Positions 19,233-29,638 of a stretch of 64,000 bases of DNA are shown here, in pieces (the stretch's first letter is position 1; every line of letters starts with the position of its first letter). A program made the translations under genes and the position numbers. The notes under the pieces are model-generated. The model ran no database searches, was not told the DNA's origin, and worked only from the letters and a program-made list of their open reading frames with translations. The stretch is from Pseudomonadales bacterium (GTDB taxonomy: Bacteria; Patescibacteriota; Microgenomatia; UBA1400; PJMF01), in the NCBI GenBank assembly GCA_020632265.1, contig JACKFW010000001.1, positions 75,785-139,784 of the forward strand, written 5' to 3'.

Positions 19233-19263
19233 TACATATTAGAATTTATAGTGATCAATAAAA

Positions 19264-22125
19264 TTATCCTTTATTTTTTTTAAATATAATTATTAAGCAT
19301 GTTCCTATTGAAATCAGTGAAATTATTTTACCAATATAAAATACTGTTGGTTCGTATTTCATTTCTACTTTAATATTGTGTCCAGCTGGCAAATTAAATC
19401 CTCTGAATGCTAGGTTTACTGGATCAATTTTACCCTTAACTCCATTCATATAGATATTCCAACCAGGGTAATATGCATCTGATAATACTCCATACTGTGG
19501 TTGAGAACTTGAATATTTAAAACTCAATTGATTATCTTCGAAAGAAGATTCTGAAATTATAACCTGAGTTGGGTCAAAATCTTGATTTTCATTATTAATT
19601 CCATCTACAATCGCAATATCTGTAATTTCTTTTCTATATTCATTCATCAACTTTATAATGTTTTCGTATTCAACATCAGAGTTATTTTTACCTATGAAAA
19701 TAGTCTTTTTTACAAAATGTAATCTTGGGACAGCTTGTTTATTCTCATAGATATTCATTAAATCACTATTAATTAATTGATATTTTTGATTAATTTGCAT
19801 TTGTTCATTGTCCCAGATAAATCCTCCCCACCCACTTTGATCATATGAGTTATCGCCGTTTGGATCTGTGATTAATTCCAAATCAAAAGAATATGATTCA
19901 TCTGACTGCGGAAAAGGTCCTAATTTCATCACAGACCATTTTTGATCATCTCGATTATTTGCTGGATCAATTCGAACAGTTTGAAAATCGATTATGTATT
20001 TATCATATATAACTTTAGCAGCAAAAGTAACACCATTTCCTTTGTTAATATTAAATATACCGGGAGAAATGGCTGGATATAAATATAAAAACTTTGCACC
20101 AATAGGTTTAATGATTTTGGCAGCGTCATCTCCAGGAGCGTGTTGAAATAATATATTTTTTGATTCATTTCCAATTTGGAAAGATGAAGCTACTATGTTA
20201 GAATCATTTTTTTTGTTTTTTAAAAAAGTTTCAATAATGTTATTATTGATTAATTTAGATTCTATATCTCCATATGAAATTATGTATTTTACTGACATTA
20301 GATCAAAATAAGGATTGTCAATTAAATTTGCTGATTTTGTGGCGTTGTGCTCTCTAATACCAGTTAATTGAAGAGAATTAGGTTCTGCAAAAAATTCTTT
20401 TATGTAATAGAAATATCTGTCTGGCCATATGGCATCCAATATTCTAATATCATTAAGATCATAAATTGTGGAAAGATTTGGGAACAAAATATGGTCTAAG
20501 CCAAAAATTCTAAATTCTTTATAGTTCTTATTTAGCAAATATGTAAAAGAGGGAGGCTCTCTAAAACTATCTCTTCTCATTTGATCTCCATCTTTAGGAA
20601 AATAAATATATGCTTCTATTAATGCAAGGCATAAAAGGATGTAAGCTATGTGTTTTTTATTTCTTAAAAATATTAATATTGATGTAATAATGAAAACAAT
20701 TATTAGAGCGTAAAATGCATTTGCGCTTATAAAACCAAAATATTTTTTAATATAATGACTTGATAAAATTACATCTTGATAATAATTATTAGCAAAAAAT
20801 ATTGCGTACGAAATAAATAATCCAGATAGTAGCAATACATAATTTCTTTTTTTAAATACCTGATTTAAAAAGATTACTACAGTAGATATCATGGAGAAAC
20901 CAATTAAACTTGAACTATATTTGGTAAAAATAGTTTGTTTGAAGACAGGTAATTTTTCAAAGAAGAAAAAATGAATAATTCCATATTGTTGTAATAGTAA
21001 AACTAACGACAATATCCAAAAGAATAACAGTATTAATATCTGGCTATTATTCTTAATTTTCTTAATCCAAAAAATAAAAGTGCTGCTACATATTATATAT
21101 AAATAAGAAATAATAACTCCAACATGATTTACTGATGCAATGTGAAAATCAATCTTTGTAAGATATTCAGACACATTTCTTAGAGCAAAAAATTCTGGCA
21201 TAGCTAGAAATATAACGTTTTTCCAACTAACAGATTTTGGATTTATTCCAGATACATGCGTGGTAACTCCATTAGAAAGAAATTCGAGTCCTGGCAAGTA
21301 AATAATTGCTCCAATTCCAAGACCAAGTAATAAAATAAATAATCCATATAGAAAATATTTTAAACTATTATTTTTCAAATAAAAAAATGATAAGAATGTT
21401 GAATATAAACCTACGAAAAAAAGTACAAATATACTAGATTCTGGCATACCCCCGAGCATTGATAAACCTAATAGTATTCCAGTTAAACCTATCCACTTTG
21501 GATTTTTATTGAAATATAATTTATTTATTCCCCAAGCAATAAAAGGAATTAGAATGTCAACATTGTGATGAGCGATATTTGGAAGATAAATAAAATATCC
21601 TATAGAAAAATATGATAGACCGGCAAACCATGACAATTCTTTAGATATTTTAAAACTTCTAATAAACAAAAACATACCAATAGAGGCAATAATATATCTA
21701 GTAACAAAAAAAAGATCTAAAAATAGTAAGTTCTTTGTTATTGAGAATAAAATTGAAAATGGCATCAGTGGCAAATAGAATACAGTTGACTGAAAATTAG
21801 CTACCAATGGAAAGCCAACGCCTATATTTTGGCTCCATTTTGGTATTTTTAAATCAAACATTTGCCTGGAACTTTCCATCCAATGAGGCGGGTGTTGCCA
21901 AACATATGCTCCTGGGTCAATCATTGTTTTGCAATACTCATTAAATTTAATGCCTTCTTGCTGAAAAGGCGTGTTCCCTCCCATTACACCATTGGCACAT
22001 TCAAATCCAAATGATTTTCCAAAAAATACATTGAAATAAAATATTAAAGGCAACAAAACAGCTACAATAATTTCTAAGAGAACAGTTTTTTTATGTTTAT
22101 TAAAAAATTTTGACATTATGCTCAA
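19264..22125 (-). CDS. Large (953 aa) polytopic membrane protein, YfhO-like GT-C glycosyltransferase candidate
   Basis: ~13 TM in the N-terminal 520 aa, then a ~380 aa extracytoplasmic domain and a single C-terminal TM anchor ('IISLISIGTCLIIIF'). This architecture matches YfhO-family lipid-linked glycosyl transferases; the family assignment is by architecture and weak motif memory only. Confidence 0.4.
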   Translation of the reverse strand: MSIMSKFFNKHKKTVLLEIIVAVLLPLIFYFNVFFGKSFGFECANGVMGGNTPFQQEGIKFNEYCKTMIDPGAYVWQHPPHWMESSRQMFDLKIPKWSQNIGVGFPLVANFQSTVFYLPLMPFSILFSITKNLLFLDLFFVTRYIIASIGMFLFIRSFKISKELSWFAGLSYFSIGYFIYLPNIAHHNVDILIPFIAWGINKLYFNKNPKWIGLTGILLGLSMLGGMPESSIFVLFFVGLYSTFLSFFYLKNNSLKYFLYGLFILLLGLGIGAIIYLPGLEFLSNGVTTHVSGINPKSVSWKNVIFLAMPEFFALRNVSEYLTKIDFHIASVNHVGVIISYLYIICSSTFIFWIKKIKNNSQILILLFFWILSLVLLLQQYGIIHFFFFEKLPVFKQTIFTKYSSSLIGFSMISTVVIFLNQVFKKRNYVLLLSGLFISYAIFFANNYYQDVILSSHYIKKYFGFISANAFYALIIVFIITSILIFLRNKKHIAYILLCLALIEAYIYFPKDGDQMRRDSFREPPSFTYLLNKNYKEFRIFGLDHILFPNLSTIYDLNDIRILDAIWPDRYFYYIKEFFAEPNSLQLTGIREHNATKSANLIDNPYFDLMSVKYIISYGDIESKLINNNIIETFLKNKKNDSNIVASSFQIGNESKNILFQHAPGDDAAKIIKPIGAKFLYLYPAISPGIFNINKGNGVTFAAKVIYDKYIIDFQTVRIDPANNRDDQKWSVMKLGPFPQSDESYSFDLELITDPNGDNSYDQSGWGGFIWDNEQMQINQKYQLINSDLMNIYENKQAVPRLHFVKKTIFIGKNNSDVEYENIIKLMNEYRKEITDIAIVDGINNENQDFDPTQVIISESSFEDNQLSFKYSSSQPQYGVLSDAYYPGWNIYMNGVKGKIDPVNLAFRGFNLPAGHNIKVEMKYEPTVFYIGKIISLISIGTCLIIIFKKNKG

Positions 22126-22145
22126 AAATATAAATGATAAAGGTA

Positions 22146-23714
22146 TTATTTCTTTAAATATATTATTGCACTACCAATAACATGTGGTGTATTATCAAAT
22201 TCGAAATAGTTTATTCTGTCATTAATAAACTTTGATTTTTCATCTTCATTAATAAATATAGAATTAGAATTAAGAACCATTAGTTTTACATTATTTTTTC
22301 CACTATATTTTAATGATTTTAAGAACCTTAAATCGTTTATAGGTATATAAAATTTATCCATTATCGCCATTCTTTCGGAATAGTATGGAATTGATGAATC
22401 CCAGTCATACCCGTAAATTAATGATATATCATTTTTATTTATACTGGTTTTGATAAATCTACTAATAATGTGAATGTCGGGGCTCATTGTTTTTTGAACT
22501 GGTAAAAAATAATTATAGTATCTTTGGTAAGATAGTATAATTATTAATTGAAATAAAATTATTCCAAGGAATTTTTTATAAGTATTTGATTCTTCTAAGT
22601 AATATAGTATGTTTAAGCTAAGACCAAGAATTAGAAAAAACAAATTTGCATAGAAGTAGTAGCTATGTGTAAAAAAAAGATTAGTAAAAAATATTGGGCC
22701 AATTAGAAAAAATAGATATAAAAATAAAGAATTATTTTTATATTTTGACTTTACCAATAAGGGGATTGTTAATAAAACAAAAACTAAAATTAATATGGTT
22801 ATATTTGAATATTCAAATAAGTTTGAAAAGGTGTGAATGCCTATTTGATTCCAAGTTGATAGAGAAAATTTTTGAGATAATGTACCAAAATTCCATTTTG
22901 TAAGAGCTCCGGAAGTTATAAAGTTAGCCGCCAATGGATTCATATTTTTAACTACATCTGTGTGTTTGATCCATGAGATACCTATTAGAAGTGGTGCTCC
23001 AAATATTATAATACCAGTTTTGATATATCTCCATATATTTTTTAAAAAAATCTGTCCTTTATATTTGTCTGAATAAGTTTTTAATAAATATACGAATGTT
23101 GGAAAGCAAAATATTATAAATGTGGTTATTTTTGTTAATGCTCCAAAAATTCCAGCCATTATTGTTAGAAATAAGATTCTTTTATCATTATTTTTTATAA
23201 AATAAATAGATCCGGTTAAAAATGAAATAGAGAAAAAGAACGCAGTAGATTCCATCATGAATGATCTTGACCAAAATATGTACATTGGATTAGCCAGAAA
23301 TAAAGAAATTGGAATTAGTATAAATATTTTCTTCTTTATAAAATTACTTAACAGGTAATAAATAATAAATATTGATGAATAAAAAAAGAAAATACTTACC
23401 AAGCGTCCTGATTGATCTAAGCCAATGCCAGTTGTATCTGCAAAAATAGCCACCAGTCCCTGATAGGTTGGGAACTCCAAGGGTATAGACCATGGAGCAC
23501 CTAAAACCGGTGTGATGTAATCGATCTTTAAGCCATCTTTCAACAAATAAAATGCTGATATTGCTGTCTGAGTTTGTCTAAACCCGTACATATTAATTAT
23601 GTCATTTTCAAATCCTGTAAATATCTGTACAAAACTTAAAGAAAGAATTACAATAAAGAATATTAAAATATATGAATCTATAAATTTTGATAAAATAGTA
23701 TTCTTTTCTTTCAT
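22146..23714 (-). CDS. Polytopic membrane protein, GT-C-like glycosyltransferase candidate
   Basis: 522 aa, ~11 TM. N-terminal loop 'YGFRQTQTAISAFYLLKDG...LGAPWSIPLEFPTYQG' resembles the conserved first periplasmic loop of GT-C enzymes; no specific family recognised. Confidence 0.35.
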   Translation of the reverse strand: MKEKNTILSKFIDSYILIFFIVILSLSFVQIFTGFENDIINMYGFRQTQTAISAFYLLKDGLKIDYITPVLGAPWSIPLEFPTYQGLVAIFADTTGIGLDQSGRLVSIFFFYSSIFIIYYLLSNFIKKKIFILIPISLFLANPMYIFWSRSFMMESTAFFFSISFLTGSIYFIKNNDKRILFLTIMAGIFGALTKITTFIIFCFPTFVYLLKTYSDKYKGQIFLKNIWRYIKTGIIIFGAPLLIGISWIKHTDVVKNMNPLAANFITSGALTKWNFGTLSQKFSLSTWNQIGIHTFSNLFEYSNITILILVFVLLTIPLLVKSKYKNNSLFLYLFFLIGPIFFTNLFFTHSYYFYANLFFLILGLSLNILYYLEESNTYKKFLGIILFQLIIILSYQRYYNYFLPVQKTMSPDIHIISRFIKTSINKNDISLIYGYDWDSSIPYYSERMAIMDKFYIPINDLRFLKSLKYSGKNNVKLMVLNSNSIFINEDEKSKFINDRINYFEFDNTPHVIGSAIIYLKK

Positions 23715-23723
23715 TTGTTTTTC

Positions 23724-24386
23724 TTAATTTAACTTTTTATAGACTAATAGACTTTGTGCTCCAAAAAATTTCCATAAAATAGGGATTTTAAGATACAATC
23801 TTATCATCCAATCTTTTTTTGGCAGTGTGCTTTTTGTTGTATATGGTAAAAATCTTACAATTTTTTCTACTGAATTAAAACCATTTATTTCAAATATTTC
23901 ATCCAAAGCTCTATCATCTATTGGAGTAATATGATCAAAAAACATCCAATAATCTTTAGAGCAAAATCTAATATTTGGTTGTAAGATGATAATTTTCCCA
24001 TTGTCTTTCAAAATTCTTTTAAATTCAATAATTGTTTTTTGAATTTCTTTTCTAGTTATATGTTCGAAAAAATTACTTACAAATATCTTATCAACTGATT
24101 TATTATTTAACGGTAAAGAATTTGATAATGCTTTATAAAATTTTACTCCCTTATTAAGAAATCTTTTTGAATCAGGATTAATATCAATTGCAATTTTATA
24201 TTTAACATTGATATTGTTAATAAATTCTCCATATCCACATGGTAAATCTAGCACAATATCTTTTTTATCAAAATATTTATAAAAAAAATCATTACATAAT
24301 ATTTTCCACATATTATTACGAAATTCTAAGCCAGTTTGGATAAATCTTTTTTCATACATTTTATCTAATTTTTGATATATTTTCAT
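23724..24386 (-). CDS. Class I SAM-dependent methyltransferase
   Basis: 220 aa. Motif I 'VLDLPCGYGEF'. Post-I acidic 'IAIDINPD'. Motif IV-like 'DKIFVSNFFEH'. Confidence 0.75.
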   Translation of the reverse strand: MKIYQKLDKMYEKRFIQTGLEFRNNMWKILCNDFFYKYFDKKDIVLDLPCGYGEFINNINVKYKIAIDINPDSKRFLNKGVKFYKALSNSLPLNNKSVDKIFVSNFFEHITRKEIQKTIIEFKRILKDNGKIIILQPNIRFCSKDYWMFFDHITPIDDRALDEIFEINGFNSVEKIVRFLPYTTKSTLPKKDWMIRLYLKIPILWKFFGAQSLLVYKKLN

Positions 24387-25126
24387 ATGGTTTTTTTATA
24401 ATCTCCCATTGCAAGTAATTTTTCCAAATAACAATATAATATTATAAAGAAATATCTTCCACCCATTTCTTTAATTTTTAGTTTTGATACGCCCTCTTTC
24501 CTATTCGTCCAATTAGTTGGCACTACAGCATATGAAAAACCTCTAACAATTGATTTTAAGGGAAGTTCCACTGTAATATTAAAATGATTGCTCAAAAAAG
24601 GTTTTAATCCATAAATTGTGTCCCTGGAATACATCTTAAAAGCATTTGTTGTATCATTATATTTAATTAAGAACAATATTTTTATAATATTGTTTGTAAT
24701 TCTATTTAAAATCATTTTATGAATCGGGTAATCTTTAATTTTTGCACCTTTTATAAATCTGCTTCCAAATACACAATCGTAGCCTTCTTTTGCTTTTTTG
24801 TACATTTTAATTAAATCAGAGGGATTATCTGAAAAATCCGCCATCACAATTGCCACATAATCTCCGGAGAAGTTTTCCAATCCTTTTCTTATTGCAAAAC
24901 CAAATCCATTTGGAGGAGTGTTATTTAAATATTTTACCTCTTTGATATTCTTAGTTAATTCTTTTAATTTTGATTCAGTAGAATCTGTGCTATTATCGTT
25001 AATTACTAATATTTCATGCTTTATATCATTATTTTTCAAAGCATTGCTAAATTTTTTAACAGTTTCTTCTATGCACTCTTCTTCGTTGTGAGCTGGAATT
25101 ACAAGAGATAGCATTTTTTTATTCAT
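24383..25126 (-). CDS. GT2 polyprenyl-phosphate sugar synthase (DPM1/GtrB/ArnC-like)
   Basis: 247 aa. 'LSLVIPAHNEEECIEETV...ILVINDNSTDSTESKL', 'AIVMADFSDNPSDL', 'CVFGSRF'. Soluble size and motifs typical of dolichol/undecaprenyl-phosphate glycosyltransferases. Confidence 0.8.
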   Translation of the reverse strand: MNKKMLSLVIPAHNEEECIEETVKKFSNALKNNDIKHEILVINDNSTDSTESKLKELTKNIKEVKYLNNTPPNGFGFAIRKGLENFSGDYVAIVMADFSDNPSDLIKMYKKAKEGYDCVFGSRFIKGAKIKDYPIHKMILNRITNNIIKILFLIKYNDTTNAFKMYSRDTIYGLKPFLSNHFNITVELPLKSIVRGFSYAVVPTNWTNRKEGVSKLKIKEMGGRYFFIILYCYLEKLLAMGDYKKTI

Positions 25127-25127
25127 A

Positions 25128-26198
25128 TTAGCCCAAAATATTATCTAGTAATGTTTGATTTTTTATCACCCATTCATGAGTGTCTTTAACAATATCCTCA
25201 ATATTTTTTTGAGGAATCCAATCAATAGTATTCTGAATAACACTGTTATCTGTGATGTAGACTTTTAAATCAGCTGGTCTATTTTTTTGTTCACTAGAGA
25301 TATTTATTTTATTTCCAGTGATTTTTTTACAAACTTCGGATAATTCTTTTAATGACACACTATTTTCTATTCCACCTCCAACATTGAAAGTTTTACCACT
25401 CAATTTATCAATATTTTCAATTTGTTTAATTAATACGTTAAAAACATCTTCAATATGGATAAAATCTCTCACCTGCTTTCCTAGTCCTCCATAACCAATA
25501 TATTTTAGTTCTTTTTTAAGAACATGTTTAATTACCCAAAGAGCCATTACACCTTGATCAATTTTGCCCATTTGCCATGGTCCCGCAATACATCCAAATC
25601 TATTAATAATTGTTTTGATTCCAAATGATTCTGCATATTCTCTTATAAATAACTCTGATGCTAATTTAGTAGCTCCATACAATGATCTAGCTCCCATTAA
25701 TGGGAATTTTTCATTAATTCCTTTGGTTGTGACTCCAGTAATTTCTTGATTTTCAGAAAAGTCAAATCTTTTTTCAGACTCAACATAATTGCACTTATTT
25801 AATACTTGATATGGATATACGCGACTAGTTGATAAAAAAATAATATCAGAGTTTTTTTTCACTGAATAATTAAGACAGTTGATTAAGCCACCTAAATTGG
25901 TATCAATTAAATAATCAGTATTACCGTTTAAACCAGCCATAACAGAAGGTTCTGCAGAACATTCAATTATTAAGTCAGTTTTATCAATAATATCTATATC
26001 AGAGCTATTTCTAACATCACCATGAATGAAAATAACACCTTCTCTTTTAAGTCTGGGCAAATTTAGTTCAGAACCTCTTCTTTTCAAGTTGTCTAAAGCT
26101 ATTACCTCAATATTGTTAAAATTTCTTTTAAAACTTATGGCCAAATTTGATCCTACGAAACCAGCTCCACCGGTAATTAAAATATTTTTATATTTCAT
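25128..26198 (-). CDS. NAD-dependent sugar-nucleotide epimerase/dehydratase (CDP-paratose-2-epimerase-like extended SDR)
   Basis: 356 aa. 'ILITGGAGFVGSNLAISF', 'ALDNLKRRGSELN', 'HGDVRN', 'STSRVYP', 'YGATKLASE'. Confidence 0.85.
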   Translation of the reverse strand: MKYKNILITGGAGFVGSNLAISFKRNFNNIEVIALDNLKRRGSELNLPRLKREGVIFIHGDVRNSSDIDIIDKTDLIIECSAEPSVMAGLNGNTDYLIDTNLGGLINCLNYSVKKNSDIIFLSTSRVYPYQVLNKCNYVESEKRFDFSENQEITGVTTKGINEKFPLMGARSLYGATKLASELFIREYAESFGIKTIINRFGCIAGPWQMGKIDQGVMALWVIKHVLKKELKYIGYGGLGKQVRDFIHIEDVFNVLIKQIENIDKLSGKTFNVGGGIENSVSLKELSEVCKKITGNKINISSEQKNRPADLKVYITDNSVIQNTIDWIPQKNIEDIVKDTHEWVIKNQTLLDNILG

Positions 26199-26203
26199 AT
26201 TAA

Positions 26204-27292
26204 TTAAAAGTGTCCATTCTTACAAATATCAGCAAATATTGCATCAATATTATATTTAAATTTCCAATTAGGATAATGATTTTTAAATTTTGATACGTCA
26301 CTTATATACCAAATATGATCTCCAATTCTATTATTATCACTGTACTCAATAATAGCTTTCTTTGATAATATTTTTTCAGCTTTTTCAATTGCTTCAAGCA
26401 TAGATATATTAGAATGTCTTCCTCCACCCATGTTATAAACCTCTCCTTTTCTTGGATTTAAGTAAACGTGGTAAAAAGCATTTACCAGATCTGAGGAATG
26501 AATATTATCCCTAACCTGCTTTCCCTTATACCCGAAAATTGTGTACTTTGTTTCAGTCGCAACACACTTTATTAAATACGCTAGAAAACCATGTAGTTTG
26601 GTACCGCTATGACCAGATCCTGTTAAGCAGCCGCCTCTGAAGATTGTTGTATTGAGGTCAAAATATTTACCATATTCCTGTACCATAATATCGGCAGCAA
26701 CTTTAGATGCACCAAACATACTATGCTTAGTGTTGTCTATGCTCATAGATTCATTAATTCCATGTTTGTAAAATGGATGTGATTTGTCAATTTCCCATCT
26801 TTGATCTAGTTCAATTAATGGCAATGAGTTTGGATTATCTCCATAAACTTTATTTGTAGAAGTAAAAATAAACGTTGCTTTTGGAGAATATTTTCTAAAA
26901 TTTTCCAACAAAACTAATGTTCCATTTGCATTGACTGTAAAATCTGTAATTGGTTCTTTAGCGGCCCAGTCATGAGATGGTTGTGCGGCAGTGTGGACAA
27001 TTAAATTAAAATCATGATTTTTAAATATTTCTTCAATATCTTCATTATTTCTAATATCACAATTGTATAGTTTAAATTTATCACCATATTTTTCTTTTAA
27101 AAGATCACCTTGCCATTTAGTACTAGCTTCTTTGCCAAAGAAGTACTTTCTCATATCATTATCTATTCCCACAACGTCAAAACCTTTTTTTATGAAAAAG
27201 TTCGTTGTTTCTGCACCAATTAATCCGCACGATCCGGTAACTAATATTTTTTTCGTATTGATACTTTTAGTCATTTCATCATTATGCCACAA
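26204..27292 (-). CDS. NAD-dependent sugar-nucleotide epimerase/dehydratase (extended SDR)
   Basis: 362 aa. '[18 protein letters not shown]', '[13 protein letters not shown]', 'NCDIRN', 'TSTNKVYG', 'FGASKVAAD'. Confidence 0.85.
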   Translation of the reverse strand: MWHNDEMTKSINTKKILVTGSCGLIGAETTNFFIKKGFDVVGIDNDMRKYFFGKEASTKWQGDLLKEKYGDKFKLYNCDIRNNEDIEEIFKNHDFNLIVHTAAQPSHDWAAKEPITDFTVNANGTLVLLENFRKYSPKATFIFTSTNKVYGDNPNSLPLIELDQRWEIDKSHPFYKHGINESMSIDNTKHSMFGASKVAADIMVQEYGKYFDLNTTIFRGGCLTGSGHSGTKLHGFLAYLIKCVATETKYTIFGYKGKQVRDNIHSSDLVNAFYHVYLNPRKGEVYNMGGGRHSNISMLEAIEKAEKILSKKAIIEYSDNNRIGDHIWYISDVSKFKNHYPNWKFKYNIDAIFADICKNGHF

Positions 27293-27430
27293 ACATTATA
27301 ATTGTGTACCACATGTCTAGTATTTTCTAAGTTTACACACAACATTCATCATTTGTTTATAAAAATTTGGGAATGATATTATAACTACACTACTTATATT
27401 AGCAAAAACTCTATATATAATATATTAATA

Positions 27431-28237
27431 ATGTTTAAAGTAATTTTACCTAAAATGAATAAGGATTTGACTTCAATTATTGTTCCAAATTTAAAATTAG
27501 ATCTACTCGAATCTTTTTTGAGGACAAATATTGAGTATTTTGACAACAAAACCGAGCTAATTATTGTTACTAGTGCTCTAAACGAAAAGTCAGTTTGGGA
27601 TTATCGCTCAAAATTTCCTAAAATCAAATTTATCCCAATTGAAGAGAATAAGGGATTTGCAAATACAGTAAATATTGGTTTTAAAGCTTCTACAGGAAAA
27701 TTTGTAGGAACTTGCAATGATGATGTAATTTTAACCAAAAATTGGATTTCTTACTTGTTGGAATCAACTGATGAAATGACTGGTTCTATTAATCCAATTA
27801 TTTTGAATTTAGATAAGTCAGTTGAGAGCGCTGGAATAAAAATTGATCTTAAAGGAAAAGCGTTTCCACTTCAAAAAGCTCCTAGTAATAAAATCGTTGA
27901 TGCTACTAATGCAGCGTGTGTAATTTATTCACGTGAAGCACTAAAGAAAGTGGGAGTTTTTGATGAGAGATTTGGCTCATATCTTGAAGATATAGATTTA
28001 TCTTTGCGTCTGTCAAAAGCGGGCTATCAAAATATAGTTAATAGTAGAGTAAAAGTTATTCATTTACAACATCAGACTTCTGGCACAATTAATTTTAATA
28101 AATCTTATTATGATTTTAAAAATTGGATTTTGATAATATTAAAAAACTGGACATTTGAGCAAATAATAAAAAACCTTCCGCAAATTTTACTGGAAAGGGC
28201 TAAAAATTTTTCCGGAATGCTAAAACAAATTTACTAA
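27431..28237 (+). CDS. Family 2 glycosyltransferase
   Basis: 268 aa. 'FVGTCNDDVILTKNW' (DxD region) and 'ACVIYSREALKKVGVFDERFGSYLEDIDLSLRLSKAGY' (typical GT2 C-terminal acceptor-site block). Confidence 0.7.
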   Translation: MFKVILPKMNKDLTSIIVPNLKLDLLESFLRTNIEYFDNKTELIIVTSALNEKSVWDYRSKFPKIKFIPIEENKGFANTVNIGFKASTGKFVGTCNDDVILTKNWISYLLESTDEMTGSINPIILNLDKSVESAGIKIDLKGKAFPLQKAPSNKIVDATNAACVIYSREALKKVGVFDERFGSYLEDIDLSLRLSKAGYQNIVNSRVKVIHLQHQTSGTINFNKSYYDFKNWILIILKNWTFEQIIKNLPQILLERAKNFSGMLKQIY

Positions 28238-28935
28238 CTCAACAAATTATACTTAAATATAGCCCAAACAGCTCTAAACGCATCCTTAAGTCCAATTTTT
28301 TTACCCTCTTCGTAGGTTCTGCCATGATAAGAAATACCCACTTCGTAAATTCTTAAATTCTTTTTAGCTATTTTAGCTGTTATTTCTGGTTCAATGCCAA
28401 ATGAATTTTCTTCGATCTTAATACTTTGAATTATGTCTGTCTTAAAAACTTTATAACAACTTTCCATATCTGTTAGATTTAAATTTGTAAAGATATTAGA
28501 CAATGTTGTAAGTAAGCTGTTTGCCACAAAGTGCCAATAATAGACCACTCTATGAGCTTCTGATCCAGTAAATCTGGAGCCGTAAACAACATCAGCTTTG
28601 CCATCAACAATTGGAGCTATTAGCTTTTGATATTCTTTTGGATTGTATTCTAGATCCGCATCTTGAATCACTAAGATTTCTCCAGTGGCTTTTTTTATTC
28701 CTTCTCTAAGCGCAGATCCTTTTCCTTCATTTTTGTTTTTGAGAATCAGTACGTCAATATTTTTACTTTGCTTCTTAAGCAATTTTCTAGTTTTGTCGGT
28801 AGATTTATCATCCACAACAATTAACTCTATTGATTTTATACCAGAATTTCTAACTTGAGAGATTATATCTTCGATAGTATTTTCTTCATTGAAGACCGGA
28901 ATTATGACAGATAGTAATTTTTGTTTTTTTTTCAT
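28234..28935 (-). CDS. GT2 polyprenyl-phosphate sugar synthase (DPM1/GtrB-like)
   Basis: 233 aa. 'LSVIIPVFNEENTIEDII...ELIVVDDKSTDKT', 'ILVIQDADLEYNPKEY', 'VVYGSRF'. Confidence 0.8.
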   Translation of the reverse strand: MKKKQKLLSVIIPVFNEENTIEDIISQVRNSGIKSIELIVVDDKSTDKTRKLLKKQSKNIDVLILKNKNEGKGSALREGIKKATGEILVIQDADLEYNPKEYQKLIAPIVDGKADVVYGSRFTGSEAHRVVYYWHFVANSLLTTLSNIFTNLNLTDMESCYKVFKTDIIQSIKIEENSFGIEPEITAKIAKKNLRIYEVGISYHGRTYEEGKKIGLKDAFRAVWAIFKYNLLS

Positions 28936-28966
28936 TTTTAAATATATCCTATTAACTTATTCTATA

Positions 28967-29638
28967 TCATTTTCTAAAATACCAAATAGGAATTTTAATT
29001 AAAACTTTGAAAGCATCAAGTAAGGTCATTCCCGATTTGTCATCTAAATAGGTGGTATTAATTTTAATTTCAGAAAAAGGAAGATCTAGTCTTCCAATCT
29101 TGGTGGCGATTTCGGTTTCTACTCCATAATTTGAAGCACTCCATTCCAATTGCTTATAAAGGCTTAAATTCATTCCAAAAAATCCACAAAGTAAATCATG
29201 TCTCTTGATACCAAAAAGAATATGGACTACTTTTCTAACAATAAAATTTCCAACTTTCCGGATTAGCGGAACATTTTCTTTTAATAATCTATACCCAAAG
29301 ACCAACTGGTCTTTTTTGAGAGCTTTTTCGAATTGAGGTAATAGCTTAGGGTCATGTTGTCCATCCGCATCAATGAAAATTACAGATTGAGAATTGTTCT
29401 TAAATGCCTTCTCAATTCCCGTTTTCATTGCCTTACCTTTTCCCATATTAATTTTGTGAAATACAAGTGAAATTTGAGAATTTTCAGAAAAATTATTGTT
29501 TAACAAATCTCTGCTCATTTGATTTGAACCATCATCAACCACGATTACAGGATTTTTTGAAAACTCAAGAATTTTATTTATAGTTTTTACTGCTCTATTA
29601 CCCTCATTATAAGTAGAGACGATGATGCTAATTTTCAT
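28967..29638 (-). CDS. GT2 glycosyltransferase, DPM1/GtrB-like
   Basis: 223 aa. 'KISIIVSTYNEGNRAVKTINKIL...IVVDDGSNQMS', 'VIFIDADGQHDP'. Confidence 0.75.
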   Translation of the reverse strand: MKISIIVSTYNEGNRAVKTINKILEFSKNPVIVVDDGSNQMSRDLLNNNFSENSQISLVFHKINMGKGKAMKTGIEKAFKNNSQSVIFIDADGQHDPKLLPQFEKALKKDQLVFGYRLLKENVPLIRKVGNFIVRKVVHILFGIKRHDLLCGFFGMNLSLYKQLEWSASNYGVETEIATKIGRLDLPFSEIKINTTYLDDKSGMTLLDAFKVLIKIPIWYFRK

